The position numbers and the translations under genes are program-made. 64,000 nucleotides of DNA, from IMG/VR virus record IMGVR_UViG_3300016471_000517, positions 53,061 to 117,060 of that record; one strand, 5' to 3'. Under the pieces are notes generated by a model. That model saw only the letters and a program-made list of their open reading frames with translations. It ran no database searches and had not been told where the DNA came from. This DNA is from a virus. Each line of letters starts with the position of its first letter. The stretch's first letter is position 1. Shown piece after piece: positions 37,694-47,846 of this stretch.

Positions 37694-39313
37694 TTATATT
37701 ATAAACCAATTAGAGTTATCGCTTAACAAATCAATTGCTTGATATTGTTTTGACAAAGCATAAGCAGTAACACCATCTATTGTTTGCGATGAAGTTGTTA
37801 AAACTGTTAGTATTCCGATATTGGAATTTTTAACTGTATATCTATTTGTGTTGCTAACTGCCGTGGGGAGAGTTAAATTTATATTTCCAGATGTATTTCC
37901 ATTATACACATAATCTATATTTGCAGTAGAACCTGCTGTAGTAGATGACGTTATTGTGTTTATTGAACGAGAAAAACCACCACTTGCAGTAGAAGCAATT
38001 GTTAAAGTAAGACCGGATGGTGTTATTGTTATATTTGATCCGGCAGCAATATTTACTGCTCCAGTAATTCCGTTTATAGAATTTACTAATTTTCCTATTA
38101 TATTTCCTGCAAAAGTTGCAGTAACTCCAGCCAAAAATGGAACACTAGAAAAAACTACATTTGAATCAATCTCAAGTGCCAAAACATCTTTTGGTCTTAT
38201 AAGTATAGAACCGCCCACTTGACCCGAAGAAATATATTGTGTAGAAAGAATTAAATTGTTAACAAAATATCCACCATCATCCGATGCTCCAACTGCTTTA
38301 ATAACTGCACTCGCAGCTTCATCATATCCAACTTCATTATTAGGATATATTTCTATTCCATATGTTGATAATTCAGATGGATTTATACTATTCTGTGGTT
38401 GTAGTACTCTTAATCCGGGTGCACTTGTATTATAGGTATCAACTGTTATTATTGAAGTATTGTTCAATAAAATAGATCCACTTGCACTTATTCCTGCACT
38501 ACAATTTATTCTTCCACCAAATGTCGCGGTGGAACCTTGAAAAGATCCCGCGAGAGTCATTCCACCAGCAGCACTAATCCCCGCAGTGAATCTTGTGAGT
38601 GCGCTGAAAGTTCCTCCTGCTGCACTGATTCCCGCAGCAAAGTTTGTCAGGGCATTAAATGTCTTTGTTCCACCAAATGTTTGAGTTCCAGAAAGCCCTG
38701 CAAGAGTTGTTGTAATATTTGGTAAAGTTACAACTTGACCTTGAGGATTAAAATCAAGAGTTGATTGATTTAATCCATTTGTCCAAATAATATCATTTGC
38801 AACCGGATCAATCGTAACGCCCGCGCTATTTAAAGTGTCATAAATTCCAAATACAGCTCCAGATGCATTAATTGTTTGTGGGGCACTAAAATTGTTGTCA
38901 ATATTTTTGCGAGCAACATTCGTAATTGCACCAGTAGTCCCATCAATACTCAAAACACCAGTATTCGAAACAGTCAGAGTGTTTCCAGAGACAGACAGAC
39001 CGATTCCAGAGCCATTGGTAATGCCAACAGCACCAGTAAGACCGCGAATAGAAATGACATAATCACCCACTGGACCAGTGTTTCCTTGAGGACCTGTGGC
39101 ACCTGTTGCCCCAGTGTTTCCTTGCGGACCAGTTGCTCCTGTTGCTCCTGTTGCTCCTGTAGGACCAGTGGCTCCAGTGTTTCCTTGAGGACCCGTTGGA
39201 CCCGTATTTCCACTACTATAAACATCCCAAGCAGTACCGTTAAAAATCCACGAACGACCACCAAAGGTATAAATTTCGTTGAGTGTCGGTGATGTTGGAA
39301 AATCTAGTGGCAT
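37694..39313 (-). CDS. tail fibre protein with collagen-like repeats
   Basis: [20 protein letters not shown] repeats, SINGITGAV repeats. Confidence 0.8.
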   Translation of the reverse strand: MPLDFPTSPTLNEIYTFGGRSWIFNGTAWDVYSSGNTGPTGPQGNTGATGPTGATGATGATGPQGNTGATGATGPQGNTGPVGDYVISIRGLTGAVGITNGSGIGLSVSGNTLTVSNTGVLSIDGTTGAITNVARKNIDNNFSAPQTINASGAVFGIYDTLNSAGVTIDPVANDIIWTNGLNQSTLDFNPQGQVVTLPNITTTLAGLSGTQTFGGTKTFNALTNFAAGISAAGGTFSALTRFTAGISAAGGMTLAGSFQGSTATFGGRINCSAGISASGSILLNNTSIITVDTYNTSAPGLRVLQPQNSINPSELSTYGIEIYPNNEVGYDEAASAVIKAVGASDDGGYFVNNLILSTQYISSGQVGGSILIRPKDVLALEIDSNVVFSSVPFLAGVTATFAGNIIGKLVNSINGITGAVNIAAGSNITITPSGLTLTIASTASGGFSRSINTITSSTTAGSTANIDYVYNGNTSGNINLTLPTAVSNTNRYTVKNSNIGILTVLTTSSQTIDGVTAYALSKQYQAIDLLSDNSNWFII

Positions 39314-39328
39314 ATGTTAATATTTATC

Positions 39329-39541
39329 TCATTTACGGGTTATCTGCTGATTTCTTCCCAATCCACCGTTTGCATTAAATCCTGCGGTTGCCCCTCCAGT
39401 TGCTCCAGTTGACCATAAGCCGTTATCACGATAACGGTGAGAAGAGTCGAAGAGAGTAAATGGTTCCGATACACGCAATCTCTCAAAGGAATCTTTTGCT
39501 GTTGGTACAAACCCCGTTTGATTGTTAAAAAGATAACTCAT
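39329..39541 (-). pseudogene. probable truncated remnant of a structural gene
   Basis: DSFERLRVSEPFTLFDSSHRY resembles the N-terminus of much longer phage proteins; ORF stops after ~70 aa. Confidence 0.45.
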
Positions 39542-41481
39542 ATTATTCTCCATCCATTTCTGTAAATGAAATGTAACCCGGCATTGTCTAGATTAATTAT
39601 AGCTGAATTTTGATTGTCAATTGTGTGTGCTGCGGTGGCTCCCACAATAGTAATTTGACGGGAGACTCCACCACCCGCATTTCCTGATTCGTCTTTTACC
39701 ACTATTTCTCTCCCGGTTTCTGGGTTGGCTGGAAGTGTTATTGTTGCTGGTCCAGCATAACTTACACCGATGTAATAATCTGTGGGCAGTGCTGCGTAAG
39801 TGGCACCTGTTACAGCGGTGGTTGCAAGAATTGATATTGAAGTTGTGCTAGATCCACCAGTATTTGTTGGTTGCACCCATTGATTCGAATTTCCATCATT
39901 TATGTAAATATATTCAATTCCATTATCCGAATCCATCCACCTATCGCCCAAAGTTGCACCAGATGGTGCCGTAGTATTATATGTAAATTTGAGTGAAGCT
40001 GTTCCTTGAGTTGTTCCATTTGGAAATTCAACATATCCTGGTCCAGAATTTTGAGTTAATTTTAAAATTGCAGGAACTTCAAGAGCATTTGTATCCGAAT
40101 CATATTTAAGATCTGTAGCGAATTCAAGATCATTTCCTGCACTATTTGCAAACTGCAATGATCCAACAGTACCTTTTACTGATATGTTGCTACCACCAGC
40201 AATATTTACAGTAATATCTTTACCAGTTCTGTTTACCGTTACACCATTACCAGTAAAATTTATATCATTTACAGATTTTAAAACATAATTTCCATTTTCT
40301 TTAATACCGACTGCTCCGCCGCCAGACGAAGACATTGAGTAAAGTTTATTTATTACATTTTGAATATCTTTACTTCCAATGTCTTTTAAAACTTTTGTAA
40401 ATTTTTCAGATTCAAAATACAAAGTTCCATTTTCTAATTTTAATGGATATTCGGTTTTAATTACTGGGGTTTCTCCAGCATCCCCTTTTGGTCCACGTGG
40501 ACCAATTGGACCATCGTTTCCAGGATCACCTTTTGGACCCTGTATTCCCTGCGGACCTGGTAGACCTTGGAGCCCACTTTCTCCTCGTTCTCCTTTTTCT
40601 CCGCGTTCTCCTTGTTCTCCGCGTTCTCCTTGTTCTCCGCGTTCTCCTTTGGGACCCTGTATTCCCGAATCACCTTTTGGACCCGGAATTCCCTGGTCTC
40701 CTCTTTCTCCTTTTAATCCCTGAGGTCCCTGTTTTCCTTCAACTCCTTGTGGTCCTTCTGGCCCCATGGGACCAATAGGTCCGACTGATCCATTTTTTCC
40801 AGATTCCCCCCTCTCTCCTCTATCTCCTTTTGCTCCCCTTGGACCAACATCTCCTTTGGGGCCCATTGGTCCAATTTGTCCGGCCTTGCCTTCGGGCCCC
40901 TGTAAACCAGTTTCACCTCTATCTCCCTTTATTCCTTGAGAACCTACGACGGGAATTGATTCTTTTATTATTACTTTTTCAATTACTTCAATTTTTGGTT
41001 TAGTAATTATTTTTTTTGATTCTTTTGGTTCTTTGTTTTCTATTACTTCTTCAAATAAATTTTTAATTTGGTTAGAATTACCATATAGTTTTATTATTTT
41101 ATTATTAAATTTTTGTATAAAATAATGTTCGCTTACTCCATGCCCCAATTGATATTTTTCATCGTAATTACAAGAAGATATTTCTTTTAATAAAGCATTT
41201 TGTAATATATTACCAAAAGGACGTTTAGCTCTATACACTCTTCCTTTTAAAAAATTATAACTCATATTTGGTGCAAAATATTCTTTAATTTTTGAAGAGT
41301 TACCTTCAATTAAATATTCTTCACCTTCTTCATTTTTTAAATAAAGTTGAGTTATTCCAGATCCGATCTTAATTTTTTTGGGATTTACTGCATTTTCAAT
41401 AATGTGATAATCACAACCTAGCAGCAATTCTGGGTGCTGTTTGACTAATTTTAAGGATGTTTTGTTCTTTCCGAAGAACAT
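39538..41481 (-). CDS. collagen triple-helix fibre protein
   Basis: Long uninterrupted G-X-Y tract, fibre-like C-terminal domains. Confidence 0.85.
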   Translation of the reverse strand: MFFGKNKTSLKLVKQHPELLLGCDYHIIENAVNPKKIKIGSGITQLYLKNEEGEEYLIEGNSSKIKEYFAPNMSYNFLKGRVYRAKRPFGNILQNALLKEISSCNYDEKYQLGHGVSEHYFIQKFNNKIIKLYGNSNQIKNLFEEVIENKEPKESKKIITKPKIEVIEKVIIKESIPVVGSQGIKGDRGETGLQGPEGKAGQIGPMGPKGDVGPRGAKGDRGERGESGKNGSVGPIGPMGPEGPQGVEGKQGPQGLKGERGDQGIPGPKGDSGIQGPKGERGEQGERGEQGERGEKGERGESGLQGLPGPQGIQGPKGDPGNDGPIGPRGPKGDAGETPVIKTEYPLKLENGTLYFESEKFTKVLKDIGSKDIQNVINKLYSMSSSGGGAVGIKENGNYVLKSVNDINFTGNGVTVNRTGKDITVNIAGGSNISVKGTVGSLQFANSAGNDLEFATDLKYDSDTNALEVPAILKLTQNSGPGYVEFPNGTTQGTASLKFTYNTTAPSGATLGDRWMDSDNGIEYIYINDGNSNQWVQPTNTGGSSTTSISILATTAVTGATYAALPTDYYIGVSYAGPATITLPANPETGREIVVKDESGNAGGGVSRQITIVGATAAHTIDNQNSAIINLDNAGLHFIYRNGWRII

Positions 41482-41507
41482 TATTTTTTGTTAACTTTGT
41501 ATGTAAT

Positions 41508-41930
41508 TTACGGTAAGTTTTGTATGTAATTTACTTGAGGTAATATTTGAATATTGCCTCTTAATAAAGTAGTGATTGTATTTGTGCTCTGATTATTAAC
41601 CTTAAAATCATATTTGCACATTCTATCCGTTGGCATTTCGTTTGAAAAACTCCAACCAATGCAAAAATTGCAAGTCCCTCCAGTTGTTCCGGATGCAACA
41701 CCTATTCCACCAGTAAGTCCACCCGGAGATGTCAATGTCATTCCGGGTAAAATTTGTTTACTATAAGAAGCTATTAAAGTAGCTGGATAATATCCATTTC
41801 TTACACTTAATTCTACATTATAATTTGAATTAAAATTAAAAGTAGTTCCAGTATTTTCATCAATAAAAAATTTAGACCACCTTATGGTGTCTCCTTGAAC
41901 TGCAATGATGTCATAATTTTCTGGATACAT
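41508..41930 (-). CDS. BppU/LtfC-like baseplate or fibre adaptor protein
   Basis: YDI...QGDT..., KYDF......TLLRGNI pattern. Confidence 0.55.
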   Translation of the reverse strand: MYPENYDIIAVQGDTIRWSKFFIDENTGTTFNFNSNYNVELSVRNGYYPATLIASYSKQILPGMTLTSPGGLTGGIGVASGTTGGTCNFCIGWSFSNEMPTDRMCKYDFKVNNQSTNTITTLLRGNIQILPQVNYIQNLP

Positions 41931-41938
41931 TTTTAAAA

Positions 41939-41967
41939 AATAATGACCTATATGCTAGGTCATTATT
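41939..41967. terminator. hairpin, probable terminator
   Basis: AATAATGACCTA-TATGC-TAGGTCATTATT inverted repeat. Confidence 0.6.
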
Positions 41968-41983
41968 AAGTATTTATGATTTT

Positions 41984-43204
41984 TTAAAGGGTTACTGCGA
42001 CTTTGTTTGGATCAAAAGTCAATGTTGTTTTGTTTGCTGTATTTTTAACATTTTCTAGGACTTTTGATTGCTGTTCTAACATTTTTTGTTGCCACTCTTG
42101 AATTATTTTAGCATATAAATTTTTGTTATTTGCTACTCTTTCTCTGTGTTCTGCTGGCAAATGTGGTTCAGCAAGAAGTTTTTCACATGCGGCCAAACCC
42201 ATATGATGCTTTCCTACATGTGCTGCTGTAGTCGCAACTTCATCAAGAATGCCCCACAAATAATTTGCAGTATCAACAAATAGAATGTGATCCGTTGGCA
42301 TCGGAATACTTAAGCCCATATTTGCCATGATGAAAGCATTTTTATTTCTACCATGCTTTCTGTAAATGCATGACATATGATAAAGAGGTTCTACTCTAGA
42401 TGGTAAAGTTTCATATGCATTCATAAACGCATCAATTACTTGTTCTACCGGCTTACCGATAATCTCTCTGCACATTCCCACCCGCATCCATGAGTAGAAT
42501 ACTTCTTCGATCCAGTTTCCCATCTTAGTTCGCTTTTCATATTCTACTTCAGCAACATCAAACATGTGAGCATCGAAAGCCGATTGTGCCAAATAAAATT
42601 GTTTTCTTGGTTGATCTGGATTTTCATCGATGTACTTCTTTAGGATGTGATAATCTCGTCTGTATTTTTCACGGTCATCGCCGTTGGTTTCTCTGGATCG
42701 GCAACCCTCGGTTCTTACTTCCCATGCATAATCACCCTCTAGGCGTTGAATGTTCATGGGTTGCTCGCAGCAAGCGTATTCATGCAATGGTTCTTCGTAC
42801 CACCATTTTTTCTTTCCAACGTTGAATATTTGGGCGCGATACCATTCAAAGGGCCCTCTTTTTATTTTTACAACATAACCGTCAAGATTTAAATCAAATT
42901 TATCAACTGGCAAGGTTCCGGTGATAAAATCATCTGCATCAATCATCAACGCCCATTGTGTTTTGCCCAAGCAAAGCTCAAGAGCCTTTGATCTATTTGT
43001 TCCGAAATCTGACCATTCGTGGTCATGAATTTCTCCGGGAATGCCTTTTTTATCAAAAAAGTTTTTGATAATTTCTTTTGTGTTATCTGTTGATCCAGTA
43101 TCACATATAATGTAATAATTGATAAACGGTGATACCGATTCGAGGCATCTTTCAATATTTGGTGCCTCGTTTTTAACGATCATGCTTAAAGTTAAATTGT
43201 ACAT
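41984..43204 (-). CDS. GT2 glycosyltransferase with TPR-like C-terminus
   Basis: LSMIVKNE..IERCL, DTGSTD, MIDADD, LHEY, FYLAQS. Confidence 0.88.
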   Translation of the reverse strand: MYNLTLSMIVKNEAPNIERCLESVSPFINYYIICDTGSTDNTKEIIKNFFDKKGIPGEIHDHEWSDFGTNRSKALELCLGKTQWALMIDADDFITGTLPVDKFDLNLDGYVVKIKRGPFEWYRAQIFNVGKKKWWYEEPLHEYACCEQPMNIQRLEGDYAWEVRTEGCRSRETNGDDREKYRRDYHILKKYIDENPDQPRKQFYLAQSAFDAHMFDVAEVEYEKRTKMGNWIEEVFYSWMRVGMCREIIGKPVEQVIDAFMNAYETLPSRVEPLYHMSCIYRKHGRNKNAFIMANMGLSIPMPTDHILFVDTANYLWGILDEVATTAAHVGKHHMGLAACEKLLAEPHLPAEHRERVANNKNLYAKIIQEWQQKMLEQQSKVLENVKNTANKTTLTFDPNKVAVTL

Positions 43205-43212
43205 TGTAATCC

Positions 43213-43638
43213 TTATGAATTAAAAAATTTACGCAAAGAACCGGGATTGAATTTTGGTATCAATTCCCAGTCATCTTTTTCACTATAACGAATAATTTTT
43301 AGAGCATTGATTGGTAATCTATCTTTAATTTTATCCTTGTCGATAATTTCAAGTAATTCCCAATCTTCAAGTAATTGTGCGATTGCATTTCTTCTTTTAA
43401 TATCTTCTTCAGATACGTTTGAAGGCAATCCATCCAAAGCAAAAAGTTCTTTAAAATGTGCCAGCACGTATACACCATTTTTATGAATCAAATGGCATGA
43501 TTGATATAATACTTTTTTACCTTTTGGAGATACCCCTATACGAGATAAGGTTTCACGCACAACCATGAAATCCTCTTCATCCAATAGTTTGATATGAATA
43601 CCAACATTATTAAAAATTCTATCCGAAGCTTCCGACAT
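43213..43638 (-). CDS. regA: translational repressor
   Basis: VRETLSRIG, LYQSCHL, HFKELFALDG, RRNAIA.LL.DW. Confidence 0.95.
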   Translation of the reverse strand: MSEASDRIFNNVGIHIKLLDEEDFMVVRETLSRIGVSPKGKKVLYQSCHLIHKNGVYVLAHFKELFALDGLPSNVSEEDIKRRNAIAQLLEDWELLEIIDKDKIKDRLPINALKIIRYSEKDDWELIPKFNPGSLRKFFNS

Positions 43639-43650
43639 AACTCACCTTTA

Positions 43651-44031
43651 TTAAGTTTTTTGGCCACCTTTTTCCAAGGACTTTTTTAGTTTGTCCATGT
43701 CTTGTGGGCTAATAATATTTAGCACTTCTCTGGCTTTGGTTTCGCTATATCCAAAAACTTCTTTAATTACTGCTATATTGTTATCTTCTTCTTTTCTTAG
43801 CCACGGTGAATATCTTTTCTTTTTACGCACACCAAATCTATAAAAATCAAATTGACACTTTTTATATATCCAAGGGTTACAATTCATCTCATTGGCATAA
43901 AAAATGGTATCATTAAAATAAGACATGCATTTGTTTACCACAAATGCAAGATACTTAGAAACGTTTTCTTCTTCGTCTAAAAGTGGTTTTTTATCGTGAT
44001 TGATGCTGTTTAAATAGTCTTTAAGTTCCAT
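43651..44031 (-). CDS. gp62: clamp loader small subunit
   Basis: YLNSIN, ANEMN, RKKKRYSPW; synteny. Confidence 0.9.
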   Translation of the reverse strand: MELKDYLNSINHDKKPLLDEEENVSKYLAFVVNKCMSYFNDTIFYANEMNCNPWIYKKCQFDFYRFGVRKKKRYSPWLRKEEDNNIAVIKEVFGYSETKAREVLNIISPQDMDKLKKSLEKGGQKT

Positions 44032-44975
44032 TAATTAAACTCACAATCCATCATCAGCTGAACCACAAGAGCCATAGTATTAATTTCTTGATCTGCTGCA
44101 AATGCGGCCTTATATTGGTATTCTGCAATATAAAGAATTGCCTGCGGGATTGAATTTGGTTTTAGTGCTGTATAGAGTTCATTATAAAGCTTTTTAAAGA
44201 ACTCTGTGGTGTTTAGATCCAAATTCTGCACAACCCATTTACGGCAAGAAGCAAAGTCCTTTGCTTTCATGTATCCGATCAGTTCTTTGTACGATTCACA
44301 GCTGCTCTGTGCCAACACCCCAACATCAATTTTTCCAGAAGAAGAATACTTCTGCAACTCATTGATAATTCTACGAAGATCCGGGAAATGCCTTTTGATA
44401 AGATTTGCAATAACAGACTGTTCGTATGGAATTTTTTCATTTGTAAGTATATATTCAATACGAGAAAGCATAGATTTTGCAATCTGCGCTTTTTCGGATG
44501 ACGGTACCGTGAAATCTATTCCCGTGCATCTTGAATGCAGAGGTTCAATTACTCTGTTTTTGTAATTACATGTTAGAATAAATCTACAATTTGCATGAAA
44601 CTCTTCAATAGCTCCACGCAAAGCTGGTTGAATTGACTGGGTATTTGCGTAATCAAACTCGTCAAGAATAACAATCTTCATGTTTCCATTCAAAGAAACT
44701 GTAGAAGCGTATTGACGAATTTTAGTACGAAGAGTATCTATACCATTCTCTTCTGAGCAATTGATTAGAATATATTCAGAATCAAGATCTTTGGCAAGGG
44801 CACGGGCAACCGTAGTTTTGCCCGTGCCAGCCTTGCCATAGAACATCATGTTAGGTATTGTACCTTCCTTGACCATGCCATTAAATACTGCGGTAAGGTC
44901 AATAGGAAGAATACAATCAGACAAAGACTTGGGTCTATACTTTTCGACCCAAAGCACACTATTAACGTCAGTCAC
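44031..44975 (-). CDS. gp44: clamp loader large subunit
   Basis: WVEKYRP, GTGKTT, DEFD, SRC. Confidence 0.96.
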   Translation of the reverse strand: MTDVNSVLWVEKYRPKSLSDCILPIDLTAVFNGMVKEGTIPNMMFYGKAGTGKTTVARALAKDLDSEYILINCSEENGIDTLRTKIRQYASTVSLNGNMKIVILDEFDYANTQSIQPALRGAIEEFHANCRFILTCNYKNRVIEPLHSRCTGIDFTVPSSEKAQIAKSMLSRIEYILTNEKIPYEQSVIANLIKRHFPDLRRIINELQKYSSSGKIDVGVLAQSSCESYKELIGYMKAKDFASCRKWVVQNLDLNTTEFFKKLYNELYTALKPNSIPQAILYIAEYQYKAAFAADQEINTMALVVQLMMDCEFN

Positions 44976-44976
44976 A

Positions 44977-45648
44977 TTAACCTCGGTTTATTGCGATGTA
45001 ATAGAACAAGTTTTGAGACTTATGAGTAAATTTAGAAATAATTGAGTTTGTTAGTTCAACATTATATGAACCTGGCATGAACTTAATCTCAGACACATTT
45101 ATCTTACCTTCATAATCTGGTCCCGAATAGTTTTCGTCAATAACAACTGAAAAACTATTTGAGGTGGTGTTAGCAGAATCATCTACAATGATTTTAAGTA
45201 CACCATCTTCACCCAAAATTTTTACATCACTAACCTGAAGAATGCGAGATGCTTTAAGAATTTCGTTCAAATCGTTTTCATCAAGATCAAATGACACAAT
45301 GGGAGTTGAAGTTTTTATTTCTCTATTTGGAACTGTCAGCAAAGAAGCTTCTGAATAGTAATAACGAACAGAAGAGCGACCATTAGAAATATCAACGTAT
45401 TGATCATTGAACTCTAGATCTGGGTTTGAAAACATGCTGATCACACCCAAAAACTTATTCAAATCCCAAATACCAACCTCAGTATCAAACTCCTCTTGAA
45501 TTTTTGCCTCTGCGTAGATATTTCTACCAGCAGACATGGTTTTGATACTGTTACCCGGTTTGATTAGGATGTTGGAGTTGATTTCAGCAAAATTTTTAAG
45601 TAGAGAAAATGTTTCTTTTGATAGTCTCATTTTAGTCACAGTTGTCAT
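44977..45648 (-). CDS. gp45: sliding clamp
   Basis: LSKET..LKNFAEINSNI, IWDLNKFL; synteny. Confidence 0.93.
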   Translation of the reverse strand: MTTVTKMRLSKETFSLLKNFAEINSNILIKPGNSIKTMSAGRNIYAEAKIQEEFDTEVGIWDLNKFLGVISMFSNPDLEFNDQYVDISNGRSSVRYYYSEASLLTVPNREIKTSTPIVSFDLDENDLNEILKASRILQVSDVKILGEDGVLKIIVDDSANTTSNSFSVVIDENYSGPDYEGKINVSEIKFMPGSYNVELTNSIISKFTHKSQNLFYYIAINRG

Positions 45649-45799
45649 AATTATCTTTCTTTTTATAAATCATATCATTGAGCTGTTGCTTTTGCTCATG
45701 ACGGTTTCCACGCTTGCTACGGTTTTCTTGTTTGCGTCCAAAGTTGGACGGCTTTTTCTTTCTACGGTTAGTAAACTTCTCAAAACTGTCTTCATTCAT
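45632..45799 (-). CDS. 55-aa basic protein
   Basis: Hand-translated MNEDSFEKFTNRRKKK...; TTGATT-N16-TATATT promoter (45806-45833) 6 nt upstream. Confidence 0.6.
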   Translation of the reverse strand: MNEDSFEKFTNRRKKKPSNFGRKQENRSKRGNRHEQKQQLNDMIYKKKDNYDNCD

Positions 45800-45829
45800 A
45801 ATTACAATATATCTCCTAAATTATACAAA

Positions 45830-46114
45830 TCAAGTTTCAATCCACTGATATCCATTTGGATCTTTAAAATAAATGTATTGTACTCCGGAATCACTAATCC
45901 ATATTTGATTTTCTATCGGATTTATCGGTGGGCTTGGTCCGTGAAATGGATTTGATACCGCAGTAATTTTCCATTTTTTGGGAAATTGAATTGGACTTCC
46001 CGACGTAGTTTCCACACATTCGTATACTTTTCCTTGGTCCAATATTACATCACCGCGAGAATAAAGTATATTATCTCCAAAAACGTTTTTAGATTTATAT
46101 TTTCCTCTAAACAT
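45830..46114 (-). CDS. small late protein with fibre-like motif
   Basis: PPINPIENQIWISDSG..YIY...QW resembles a segment of 39538..41481; CTAAATA upstream. Confidence 0.65.
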   Translation of the reverse strand: MFRGKYKSKNVFGDNILYSRGDVILDQGKVYECVETTSGSPIQFPKKWKITAVSNPFHGPSPPINPIENQIWISDSGVQYIYFKDPNGYQWIET

Positions 46115-46124
46115 TTATTAATAT

Positions 46125-47846
46125 TTAGATTTGCACCTTAACTCTAGAAAAATTATTTTTCTTTTCAAAATGCATGTGTAAATCAAACTTATCAGCCAAA
46201 GAATCTGCTTTATGGCTTATGATGAAGATAGAACATTTACTCTTCATTTTGTTTAATAGTTTGAGGAATGATTCGGTTCCAGTTGCGTCTAATGACGAAT
46301 CAAGAATTTCGTCAAAGATTAACAGATTGCAATTCAAGCTGTTCTTCATCTTTGCAATTTCTCGCCAAGTCAACAGTATGGCCAAATCGATACGCTGTTT
46401 CTCTCCCTCAGAGAAAGAGGAATATGAAAATTCATCTCGGTATCTGGATTTGATTGTTTCCTTGAATTCCTCATCGATGTTGAAATCGACGTAGAGGTTG
46501 AGTTTTGCAAGGAATTTGTTGACAAGTCCATTGATGATTGGAACGTAATGTTTGATGATTCGGCTCTTGAGGCCACCATCTTTGAGAATATCGTAGACAA
46601 CATCGTAGTGAATTTGATCATTTATGCAATTTTCTAGTTTGTTCGATATTTTTTGTTTTTCAGATTCAGATTTAATCAAACTATCTTCGAGAGAAGTTAT
46701 ATTACTCGAACACTCTTTGTCTTGTTTTTCTTTTTGCAAACGTTTTATGTTTTCTTCACCATTACCGATTCTATAATTCATTCCAACGATATCGTCATTT
46801 ATGCTTTGAATATTTGTTTTGTAAGTTTCATATTCCGATTGAGCATAAGTGAGTTTTTGATTTTTGTCTTGAGCAATTTTTATTGCATTCTGACACTCTA
46901 CTAATTTTGCTTCTTTTTCTTGAATATGTTTTTGTTTCTGTTTTTCTGGAAGTTCTTGACCACAGCATTTGCATTTTGCGGATGTTTTAAGAGATTGTAT
47001 ATCTTCCTTCAAGGTAATTTCAAGAGCTTCAGTTTTTGCAAGCATCAGAGGCACATCTTTCAAAGACTGAATTGTTTTTTTGTGTTTTTCTTGCTCCGCA
47101 GTCATTTTTTCTAGTTGATCAAGATGTTCCTTTTTTTCAGATTTGCTCAACTTTACATTTGCTTCAAAGGATTGAATTTTTTCATCAATTGCCTTTATGT
47201 CGTCTGCATTATGGCTTTTGACCTGTTCGATAAACTCTTTTTGGGACTTGATCTTTTCGTGTGCAATTTTTAACAAAGATTGATTTTCTGCAATTTCTAC
47301 TTTCAAAGAACCAAGATGTCCTTTTACATATTGGTTCATGTCTGCCAAAATATCAAGGTCTAGCAAACCCTCAATAATTTTTCTTCTTTCTGCTGGAGTC
47401 AATTGCATGAAAGGAACAAAGTTTGATTTACCTAGAATTACAACCTGTTTAAAGGCAGCATAATCAAACCCCAGAATATGTTCTTCAAAGTGTTCTTGGT
47501 AATCCTTAGACTTCGCATGCTGATCCAGCATTTCGCCGTCTTTGTAGATTTCGAACATCTTTGGACTTAGTCCACGCCGAACCAAATAAGTCGAATTGGA
47601 TCTCTTAAACTCTATTTCAACCACGCATTGCTTGGCGTTAATGCTGTTTACAAGCTGCGGAATGTTGATTGGGCGAAATGGCTTGCCGAACAAACCGAAG
47701 CACAGGGAGTCAAGCAGGGCGAAGGATTTGCCATTTCCGTTGGTCCCCGTGACCAAGGTAGTCTTGTTTGTATTCAGTTTAATTTCAGTAAAATTGTTTC
47801 CAAACGAACCAAAATTTTTAATTTTTACCGAGACAAATTCAATCAT
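46125..47846 (-). CDS. gp46: recombination ATPase (Rad50/SbcC-like)
   Basis: GNGKS, CKCC hook, FSEGEK, FDEILDSSLD. Confidence 0.95.
   Translation of the reverse strand: MIEFVSVKIKNFGSFGNNFTEIKLNTNKTTLVTGTNGNGKSFALLDSLCFGLFGKPFRPINIPQLVNSINAKQCVVEIEFKRSNSTYLVRRGLSPKMFEIYKDGEMLDQHAKSKDYQEHFEEHILGFDYAAFKQVVILGKSNFVPFMQLTPAERRKIIEGLLDLDILADMNQYVKGHLGSLKVEIAENQSLLKIAHEKIKSQKEFIEQVKSHNADDIKAIDEKIQSFEANVKLSKSEKKEHLDQLEKMTAEQEKHKKTIQSLKDVPLMLAKTEALEITLKEDIQSLKTSAKCKCCGQELPEKQKQKHIQEKEAKLVECQNAIKIAQDKNQKLTYAQSEYETYKTNIQSINDDIVGMNYRIGNGEENIKRLQKEKQDKECSSNITSLEDSLIKSESEKQKISNKLENCINDQIHYDVVYDILKDGGLKSRIIKHYVPIINGLVNKFLAKLNLYVDFNIDEEFKETIKSRYRDEFSYSSFSEGEKQRIDLAILLTWREIAKMKNSLNCNLLIFDEILDSSLDATGTESFLKLLNKMKSKCSIFIISHKADSLADKFDLHMHFEKKNNFSRVKVQI

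Noticed and set aside
40379-40916. Several overlapping ORFs in the collagen tract
   Set aside because: Alternative-frame and antisense artefacts of G-X-Y codons.
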